DNA from: Promethearchaeota archaeon | Lineage (GTDB): Archaea; Asgardarchaeota; Lokiarchaeia; Sigyniarchaeales; SOKP01 | Direction: 5' to 3' | Assembly: GCA_048940645.1 (NCBI GenBank) | Contig: JBHLOI010000016.1 | Span: 1 to 64,000 of the forward strand | DNA length: 64,000 nucleotides | Shown: positions 41,805 to 49,506 of the stretch, in pieces | How the letters are laid out: each line of letters opens with the position of its first letter | Numbering within the stretch: the stretch's first letter is position 1 | The notes under the pieces: model-generated | What the model was told of the DNA's origin: nothing | Seen by the model: the letters and a program-made list of their open reading frames with translations, nothing else | Databases searched by the model: none | Position numbers and translations under genes: made by a program

Positions 41805-43172
41805 TCAAATTTTTCTCATTTTCATAACTTTCTTTTTTTTAAAGATGGAATTAAGAAATAAATTTTGATTATTAGAATAAGTTAAAGGAATAACATCTGA
41901 AATAACTTCTTTTTTAAGTATTTGATGGGTTTTCTCTTCCACATTTGAAACAATTTTATGGACTGTAATTATTGGAATGGTAGGGGTTATTAAACAATAG
42001 TAACAAAAGCAACGTCTCCTTGTAATGTCTAAAATTTCCAATAATTTTTCTACACTTGCATCACTATCAACAGTTAATTCAATTTGATAATTATCAATCA
42101 TAGGAATATAATCTTCAATCCCAAAACCAGTTGTTAAGTCGATATATTGTTTTACCTTTATTTTCATGCTTCTTAACTCAATTCCCTCAATTGCAGCCCA
42201 TTTAGCAAATGCAGCGGAAAAGTTTCCAGCAAGACCTGCCATACAAAGATGGACCGGGTGAAATGAAGTTCCTCCGCCCCCTAATATTGTTGTTTCATCT
42301 GTTTGGATAAGTATGTCTCCTGCCCTTTCAGTTGGTAAAGTTGTTTGATATTGGGGACCATATTCCACGTCTAATCTCCATGTACCTTCAACATCTAAAA
42401 CTTTCTTACATAAGGAACGATTTTGAGAATACTTTCCTTGAATATCTTTAAATCCTTTCACGTTTATCCGGTTTAGGATGTAATTATCAGACTCAGGATT
42501 TCTAACCTCTAAACTTTTAGTTCTACCTTCAAGACCAGAATACTCTTTATTTAAAAGTATAGTTGGAAAGACAGCTGTTGCGGCACAATAATAGCAAAAG
42601 CAGCGTAGTTTGGTGAGTTCTACTATTTCACGGAGTTTTTCCATATTAGTATCACTTTCAATAAATAAATCTAAATGATAACTATCTATCATTGGGACAT
42701 AATCCTCAATTCCAAAACTACTTGTTAAATCAATATTTGCTTTTGCTCTTATTTTTAAAGTTTTTAATTCTATTCCCTGCATTGCTGCCCATTTTGCGAA
42801 AGCTGCGGTAAAACAACCCCCAAACCCTGCCATACATAAAGAAATTGGGTGAATTGCAGTACCCCCTCCACCTAATAAGGTCGTTTCATCAGTTTGTACG
42901 AGTATTGCCCCTGCTTTTTCAGTTCGTAATTGTGTCTCGAATTGTGGTCCATATTGAACTCCTAATCGCCATATGCCTTCAATTTCTAAGTACTTTTTAC
43001 AAAGAGATCGATCTTCTGTATACTTTCTCTTTATTGCTTTAAAACCTTCTAAATTTATCCTATTAAGAACGTTTTTCCTTTGACGAGATGCTTTACTCTC
43101 ATAATAAAGCATTTTTTCTTCAAGTTTTCTCAATATTTCATTGAAGCCTTCTTTATCTGCCTGATTATCCAT
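41805..43172 (-). CDS. Tandem OsmC/Ohr-like domain protein
   Basis: Two internal repeats with TDE..LGGGGT..HP...MAG..GC and RCFCYYC. Confidence 0.82.
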   Translation of the reverse strand: MDNQADKEGFNEILRKLEEKMLYYESKASRQRKNVLNRINLEGFKAIKRKYTEDRSLCKKYLEIEGIWRLGVQYGPQFETQLRTEKAGAILVQTDETTLLGGGGTAIHPISLCMAGFGGCFTAAFAKWAAMQGIELKTLKIRAKANIDLTSSFGIEDYVPMIDSYHLDLFIESDTNMEKLREIVELTKLRCFCYYCAATAVFPTILLNKEYSGLEGRTKSLEVRNPESDNYILNRINVKGFKDIQGKYSQNRSLCKKVLDVEGTWRLDVEYGPQYQTTLPTERAGDILIQTDETTILGGGGTSFHPVHLCMAGLAGNFSAAFAKWAAIEGIELRSMKIKVKQYIDLTTGFGIEDYIPMIDNYQIELTVDSDASVEKLLEILDITRRRCFCYYCLITPTIPIITVHKIVSNVEEKTHQILKKEVISDVIPLTYSNNQNLFLNSIFKKKKVMKMRKI

Positions 43173-43378
43173 GTTCTATCGTTCTTTTCTACTTTATAAT
43201 ATTCGAATTGAATTTAATTCAATTATTAGTTTTTTTAATTATTGATAAAAATACTATTTTTTATAATTAACGAGTTTATGATTTTTATACTAAAAAAATC
43301 TTAGAAGTTAAATTAAAACTTTTTTATTATTAGCTTTTAATTGTTAAAAAGAGAGATAATTAAGTAGAAATTTTTTTT

Positions 43379-43861
43379 TTATATTTCTTCTCCCTTTTCT
43401 AATTTTTCATATTCTTTATCAGATAAAAAACCTTTTTGAGCTAAAATTTCCTTGATTTTATTTAATAAAATCTCAAATTTAGAGCCATTTATTTCTTGAG
43501 TTTCCTTCTCCTTTTTGGAAATTAACTCTTTTAAATCAGTGTTATTTGAACTTAAATTTGATAGTTCTTCATCAAGTTCTTTTATTCTATTTAGTAGTTC
43601 TTCCTTTTCTGCTATTAATGAGGATAATTTTGTATTAGAAGATATTAATTCTTCTTCTAAATCTGATATCTTTTGTGTTGCAAAATCTAATTTAGCTTCT
43701 ATCTCATTAAGATTATTCATAGATATTTCTAAATCTTTATTTAAACTTTCTATTTTTTCGTTTTTTTGTTTTAATTCGATTTCTTTTTGAGATATTAGTT
43801 TTTCAAAATCCTCTATTATCTCATCTGGTTCCCTTTTTACGTAAGGCCAATCATCTGACAT
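43379..43861 (-). CDS. Coiled-coil protein, paralog of 41241-41726
   Basis: MSDDWP start, heptads, KEILAQKGFLSDKEYE end. Confidence 0.82.
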   Translation of the reverse strand: MSDDWPYVKREPDEIIEDFEKLISQKEIELKQKNEKIESLNKDLEISMNNLNEIEAKLDFATQKISDLEEELISSNTKLSSLIAEKEELLNRIKELDEELSNLSSNNTDLKELISKKEKETQEINGSKFEILLNKIKEILAQKGFLSDKEYEKLEKGEEI

Positions 43862-43871
43862 TTTATTATTG

Positions 43872-43964
43872 TATTTTGATTAATGAATAATTGATTTTGA
43901 TTAAATCAATATTTTGATTAATGAATAATTGATTTTGATTAATGATTAATGAATAATCATTAAT
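43872..43964. repeat. 33-bp direct repeat plus 11-bp-arm palindrome upstream of coiled-coil gene
   Basis: TATTTTGATTAATGAATAATTGATTTTGATTAA at 43872 and 43910; ATTAATGATTA-N5-TAATCATTAAT at 43938-43964. Confidence 0.85.
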
Positions 43965-44026
43965 ATGATTATTATAAATTCTTCTTATAAATATATCTAA
44001 ATTAATACTAGTAAATAGTTCTTGAA

Positions 44027-44419
44027 TTAACCATATTCTTTTAGTGAATCTTGAATAACATCTTCAAAGCAAAGAAATGGTTTAATGTTACAATCCCAAT
44101 TATTAAATATCTCTGGAGGATAGGCATTAAAGAATTTTTCTATTACTTTATCTAATTCTTTTACGATCTTTTTTTCTTTTTTTTTTTCTGAATGATCAGT
44201 TACAAATAAAATGTCATTCTTCTTTTTAAGAAAAATTGTTTTATCACTAATTACAAAATTTGAGATAATATCTTCAAATAATCCTGTTTCTGCAAAAGTA
44301 TTAAGCGATGAAATAATTGCTCCAAAAAGTTGTTCATCAATAATTGGTTCATATTTACGATGAAATATAACTGATCCTGTATTTGTCAGAATCCAGATAT
44401 TTTGTAATATTTTTCCCAT
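44027..44419 (-). CDS. Longin-like domain protein
   Basis: IWIL..TG..IFHR...DEQLFGAIISSLNTFA, then beta strands and helix ending F..W.C..F. Confidence 0.75.
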   Translation of the reverse strand: MGKILQNIWILTNTGSVIFHRKYEPIIDEQLFGAIISSLNTFAETGLFEDIISNFVISDKTIFLKKKNDILFVTDHSEKKKEKKIVKELDKVIEKFFNAYPPEIFNNWDCNIKPFLCFEDVIQDSLKEYG

Positions 44420-44519
44420 AATTAAAATCGTTGTTAGAATTTCAAATTAAACTAACTATTTACTCTATTTAATGAGTGTTATTTCACACTTTTAAATAAT
44501 TTCATTTATATAAAGTTTT

Positions 44520-45389
44520 TTAAATATTAATTAATTCTTCAGATAGGGAAACTGTATTACTTTTTTCATCGACTTTTAAGAGTTCTTTTACTTCCATTTG
44601 CTTAATAGTTCTTACAGCTAAAATTGGGGGTAAATCAATGTGTTTTTTTAATTCATCTAAATTACAATATTGTTTTTCTATTAACATTGTAATTATATCT
44701 AACTCAGGGATTTTCTCATCAGAATTTTCAATTAAAAACAAAGAAAAGAAATCATTTCTCTTAAATTCATTAAATTGCTTTTCCACTTCTTCAAGCTTTT
44801 TTGACCATTGATCTTTAATTTCTTTAATTTTATTTAAACCCATTTGGTCAAATTCCTTTAAATTCTTTTCATTTTTTATTTTAAATTCATCCAATTCTTT
44901 AGAATGAGCCGATAATGCATTTCTATGCTTTTCTTCATTGTCTCTTCTTTTTTGCTCTAAAGCTTCCTTCTCTGATTCTTTTGCAGACAAAGTTGATTCC
45001 ACAGTTTTTAATTTTAATTTAATACTTTCTAAGTCCTCTTTACAATCACTCAAATTTTTATCAATTTTATTATAAGAATCTTTTAGGGTATTAATTTCTG
45101 ATTTTAATTCATCAGTTCTATTCTGTGAATCCTGAAAATTCCTATTAATATCTTCATATTGAATTTGTAGCTTGAATAATTCTGAATCCAGATCCCGAAG
45201 CTCATCTTCTAATTTTTCATTTTCACTTTTCTCATCTTTCAATCTGATTAAGATACCCTTTAAGTTTTCAATGATCTTCTGACTATTATCTTGAAAAGAT
45301 TGATTGGCTTCTCCACTGCTTGAGATTAAGAACAATTGCTTAATTATCTTCTCTGAAAATTGTTCAATTAAATCAAGATTTATGCTCAT
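44520..45389 (-). CDS. Long coiled-coil protein with C-terminal winged-helix-like domain (B)
   Basis: Heptads to about aa 210, then IPELDII..CNLDELKKHIDLPPILAVRTIKQM..LLKVDE..TVSL. Confidence 0.78.
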   Translation of the reverse strand: MSINLDLIEQFSEKIIKQLFLISSSGEANQSFQDNSQKIIENLKGILIRLKDEKSENEKLEDELRDLDSELFKLQIQYEDINRNFQDSQNRTDELKSEINTLKDSYNKIDKNLSDCKEDLESIKLKLKTVESTLSAKESEKEALEQKRRDNEEKHRNALSAHSKELDEFKIKNEKNLKEFDQMGLNKIKEIKDQWSKKLEEVEKQFNEFKRNDFFSLFLIENSDEKIPELDIITMLIEKQYCNLDELKKHIDLPPILAVRTIKQMEVKELLKVDEKSNTVSLSEELINI

Positions 45390-46240
45390 CGCTTAAATTC
45401 AACCTCTTTCTGTAAGGTTATTAATCCATTTTTCTCATTAAAATTAACAGGTCCTCCCTCAGCTATCATCTTTTTTATTATCTTTTCTGCTTTTTGAGGA
45501 TCATAATTTAACGTTTGGCAAATGAAACTTAGTTCCATGGGTTTATCTTTTTCTAAGGCACTAATAAAATTAAATAACTCTGAATTAATCATTCTATTTC
45601 TTATTAATAGATTTATAGCTTTAGTTTTAACTTTAAATGGTTTAAAACCCTCTAGGCATTTTTTATATTCTTGTTCGTTTTCAACTTCTATTTCCTTTAT
45701 TTTACTATTCAGTTCTTCTTCTTTTTTTGTTAAGATTTGATTATAACCTAATTTTAAAGCATTTATTTCTTGAATAATCTTTTCTTCTGCTTTTGATATA
45801 TCTTGGGTTTTTTCTTCCACTTTCTTCCAAGAATTATTGAGTTCTGATTTTAAATCTTCAATAAGTTGTTCTTTTTTGTCATATTCTCCTTTAAATTTCT
45901 CTTTTTCAGATTGAATCTCTTCTAATTCCTTCTTCTTTATTTCTAAATTCTTTTGAATTTCTTCTTGTCTTTTGGATAATTCACTGACCTCTGAATCAAC
46001 TTTCGGAATATCTTGGTTTAGTTGAAAGATTTTTACTTTTAAAGATTCAATATTATCTTTATTTGATTTGATTTTTTCAATATTACTATTTTTTTCTCTA
46101 TTAAAACTTTCTATCGCATCAAATATTTCATTTGGTTCTGCATCTAAACTAAGCTTATCATCTTTGATTGAATCATTAATTTTTTTTATAAATAAAAATA
46201 CTTTTTGCAAATTTGGAATTAAGTCAATAATTTGAGACAT
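45386..46240 (-). CDS. Long coiled-coil protein with C-terminal winged-helix-like domain (A)
   Basis: Heptads, then ELSFICQTLNYDPQKAEKIIKKMI..GPVNFNE..LITL; ATGA overlap with B. Confidence 0.78.
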   Translation of the reverse strand: MSQIIDLIPNLQKVFLFIKKINDSIKDDKLSLDAEPNEIFDAIESFNREKNSNIEKIKSNKDNIESLKVKIFQLNQDIPKVDSEVSELSKRQEEIQKNLEIKKKELEEIQSEKEKFKGEYDKKEQLIEDLKSELNNSWKKVEEKTQDISKAEEKIIQEINALKLGYNQILTKKEEELNSKIKEIEVENEQEYKKCLEGFKPFKVKTKAINLLIRNRMINSELFNFISALEKDKPMELSFICQTLNYDPQKAEKIIKKMIAEGGPVNFNEKNGLITLQKEVEFKR

Positions 46241-46401
46241 CTTTTTTCCAGCTCAAGATTTGATTAAACTTTCTAATAATATAGAAAAGTGCGATTATTA
46301 AAATCTTCTGATTCAAAAAGGATTAAACTAGATGATTAAGTGATTAGGCATTTATATTAAAAAATAAAACAATAAAAATTTGTATATTTACTACAAAAAA
46401 A

Positions 46402-48426
46402 TTAGACATTTAATTTCCACGTAGAATAATCTTCAAATAATATACCTAAGTTACTGATACGATAGAAAATTTTTCCTTTTTCTGTTTCACCTATCAAAAA
46501 TCTTGCCTTACCCAGATTTCTGATACCTCTCATAATCCTAATTATTCTCATATGCGGCATATAAAAGGGAAATATCCTTTTTGTTATTCCAATCTCATCA
46601 GGAGTCATCCAACCTTTATTTTCATCTTTATAAAGGTATAAGGTATGGATAATTTTTATTTGATCTTCATTTAATTGATGATGAATTTCATCAAAATTAG
46701 TTTTTTCTTTTATATAGCGTTGAGGGAGTTCTTCTTGGTTATATAATAAATTTTCATCAATCGATTCCATATTGAAAATATCAGTTAGCAAAGTGGAAAT
46801 GTTATAGGTATTTTCATTCTCACTCCAAAAGTTTAAATCTTTATCTAAGCTAAAATTAATTTTATTTTGGGTACAGCCTCCGTAGTAAAAACAAAATAGT
46901 ATTTTTTCATCTGGCAAAGAACCTAATCTGTAAATAAAACCCATCAATTCTAATCTAGATATTAGATCTTTACTTTTAATCGTATTGTCATCGATGATAA
47001 AGAAACCATTAGGTTTTCCTTTAAAATCTTCTTTCATAACCCTAATTAATTTATCAATAAGATACTTGTCATGAATAATATCATGTTCAGAAAAATAATA
47101 GTTTGATTTTGATTCTTTTAAAAGTGAACTGAAATAATCTTTATAGAGAAACTCCCTATAAACAAATTCAGATGCTTCTATAATTCTATTAATTGATAGT
47201 TTACTTTTCATTTTTAAGGACATAATGCATTTAGGATGACTTAGAATTAATCCAATTAGCCTTGGAACATTCATAGACATAAAAAACAGATGTTTAAAAA
47301 AAGAAGATACATCATCGAAAAGGATATTTAACGTTTTAACATCTCTAAAAATATCAGCTAATTCAGAATTAAGGCTTTTAAATACTAATTGGATTGATGC
47401 ATCAATACCTCTCTGAATTCTTCTCTCATAAGGCTCATCTGAACATAACTTGCAATAATCTAATTCTATAGTTTGATAATCTTGTTGTTTTTTCAAAGAA
47501 CCTGTGTAATAGAGTTCAGGATAACACGCAATACAAAAGCATAAATCACTAACATCTTTAAATAAAGGTTCAACAAAACTTTCAATAATTATTTTCTGGT
47601 TAATAATTGAAATTTCTGAAAAATCATCTATAAAAAAATGAATATAATTTAATGGAAATTCTTTAATTAATTTTAAATCATTAAAAAGTTCTTTAAAACC
47701 GTTAATATCGAATAAATTTTTAAAAATAGTTGATAGTCCTTCATATTTCCCCGATTCTAATAATAATTTATTGTTATCACTAAAGTAAGAGATCTCTTCT
47801 ATACTCCTTTTTAAGATAGCATAATAATCTCTTAATTCTTCGGCATTAACCTTTGAAATAGGTAGATTTCTGTTTACTAAGTTATCTATCTGCTTATTAA
47901 TCAGATCTTCAATTTTAAGAAACATTGAATCACTTATAACACCCAATCCTCTCAACTCATCATAAGTATTTTCGACTTGTCGTATTAATTCTATATTTAA
48001 ATTTCTAATTAAATAAACGAGATCTTCAATATCATCTCCTTTTAACGAAATTTTATCAAGGACGTTTAAGAATAAATTTTTAATTTCAATATATATAGGT
48101 AGAACCATTTTTTCTTGTTTTAAATAATCCAAATCTTTTTTTATGAAAAAGGATTCAAGACACTCTGTTCTTGCTCTTTTTAAAATAGTAGTTTTACCAG
48201 TGCCTCTCCTACCGATTACGTAGTTTACTTTTCTTTCTTTTATAGTTTGGAAAAGGGCTTTAATGCAAATATCGTCAGGAATGAGTTGGACATAAGCTTT
48301 CTTTTGTTTTAATATCTCATCATAGCTTTCTCTTTCAAGGTTATTGTATCTTGCTAAATCTTTAAAAACTTTAATAACTTTTTCAATATCTGCATCTTTT
48401 AAGTTATCTAATGACATTAAATTCAC
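46402..48426 (-). CDS. P-loop ATPase, STAND/ORC-CDC6-like, with C-terminal wHTH
   Basis: Walker A GRRGTGKTT, Walker B FFIDDFSE, MNVPR motif, C-terminal MTPDEIG...IFYRIS..G. Confidence 0.75.
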   Translation of the reverse strand: MNLMSLDNLKDADIEKVIKVFKDLARYNNLERESYDEILKQKKAYVQLIPDDICIKALFQTIKERKVNYVIGRRGTGKTTILKRARTECLESFFIKKDLDYLKQEKMVLPIYIEIKNLFLNVLDKISLKGDDIEDLVYLIRNLNIELIRQVENTYDELRGLGVISDSMFLKIEDLINKQIDNLVNRNLPISKVNAEELRDYYAILKRSIEEISYFSDNNKLLLESGKYEGLSTIFKNLFDINGFKELFNDLKLIKEFPLNYIHFFIDDFSEISIINQKIIIESFVEPLFKDVSDLCFCIACYPELYYTGSLKKQQDYQTIELDYCKLCSDEPYERRIQRGIDASIQLVFKSLNSELADIFRDVKTLNILFDDVSSFFKHLFFMSMNVPRLIGLILSHPKCIMSLKMKSKLSINRIIEASEFVYREFLYKDYFSSLLKESKSNYYFSEHDIIHDKYLIDKLIRVMKEDFKGKPNGFFIIDDNTIKSKDLISRLELMGFIYRLGSLPDEKILFCFYYGGCTQNKINFSLDKDLNFWSENENTYNISTLLTDIFNMESIDENLLYNQEELPQRYIKEKTNFDEIHHQLNEDQIKIIHTLYLYKDENKGWMTPDEIGITKRIFPFYMPHMRIIRIMRGIRNLGKARFLIGETEKGKIFYRISNLGILFEDYSTWKLNV

Positions 48427-48605
48427 TTTATATTAAGAAAAATTATAATATTTTACTAATTTATCTGATTAAAGGATTCTAAATATAAGTAATAATAAAT
48501 AGTTTAACAATTGCTTCTTTAAAAAAAATATTAATTATCAAAAAATTAAAAAAGTTAAAGAAATATTTCTATTTTTATTAAATTTATCCCGCTTTATCTC
48601 AAGAG

Positions 48606-49004
48606 TTATAAATCTGCCATTTTAAAATATAGATCTACTTTATCCTTAAATTTATCAAAAAAAGAAACATCACCATCCCAATTATTAATATCTTCAAGAC
48701 TGAACATATCATCAAAAATATCTGCTATAATTTTGGTAATTTTTTGAATTTTCTTATCTTTTACCTCCAATGGGGATTTACAGACAAGGATAACTTCATT
48801 TTGAATACATGTAGTAAACGTATATTTATCATTTCCTACATTTAATGACCTTAATTGCCCTTTTGAAACTTCTTTAACAAAAACTTTTATAGCAGAAATA
48901 AAGCTACCTAACATAGATTTATCTACACCGCCAATTCTGGCAAAATCAACAATAGGAATGCCGTCTTTCGAAAAAATCCAAATCTCGTCGAGGGTTGATG
49001 ACAT
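48606..49004 (-). CDS. Longin-like domain protein
   Basis: IWIFSKDGIPI...DKSMLGSFISAIKVF, NWDGDVSFFDKF; clear paralog of 44027-44419. Confidence 0.78.
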   Translation of the reverse strand: MSSTLDEIWIFSKDGIPIVDFARIGGVDKSMLGSFISAIKVFVKEVSKGQLRSLNVGNDKYTFTTCIQNEVILVCKSPLEVKDKKIQKITKIIADIFDDMFSLEDINNWDGDVSFFDKFKDKVDLYFKMADL

Positions 49005-49020
49005 TTTTTTACAACTTTAT

Positions 49021-49356
49021 TTATTTTTCTTTTTTTGAAACTGGTTCTCGAAGAATAGTTTTATATGTTTTAAAACTAAGATTTATCACAATTAATACAA
49101 ATAACGCCCCAAAAATATATACAATAGCAGTCATAACAGCAATAATTTCCGGCATATTTAATGCTAAGAATACAATGTTAAAAACATAGCCAAAAAGAAA
49201 TAGAACTATTAACAATTGTATTATTATCCATTTCTGATTAATCTTAGACCCAGGGAACAATCCTTTTATTTTTGTAATAATGAATAAACCAATTACAAAA
49301 AAAGCTGCTCCACCGATAGAACATATAAAACTAAAAATATAGACAATCTCATCCAT
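49021..49356 (-). CDS. Small 3-TM membrane protein
   Basis: Three hydrophobic helices, W..LI.LFLFGY and IFGALFV motifs. Confidence 0.78.
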   Translation of the reverse strand: MDEIVYIFSFICSIGGAAFFVIGLFIITKIKGLFPGSKINQKWIIIQLLIVLFLFGYVFNIVFLALNMPEIIAVMTAIVYIFGALFVLIVINLSFKTYKTILREPVSKKEK

Positions 49357-49506
49357 TGAATATCTACCTTTATTTAGATTTTTTTTGTGTTTTAATTATT
49401 TAATTAATCTTTTATATAAATTTAAAATTTTTTTATCTATAATTTTGAAAACAAGGCAACTATTTCAAAAGATATAATATTGAATTATTACCTTGATCAA
49501 AATTTA

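Noticed and set aside
43872-43964. Mini-CRISPR interpretation of the 33-bp repeat
   Set aside because: Only 5 nt between copies and low-complexity AT sequence
41241-46240. SMC/Rad50 or Wadjet annotation for the coiled-coil proteins
   Set aside because: No Walker A, signature motif or hinge; proteins too short
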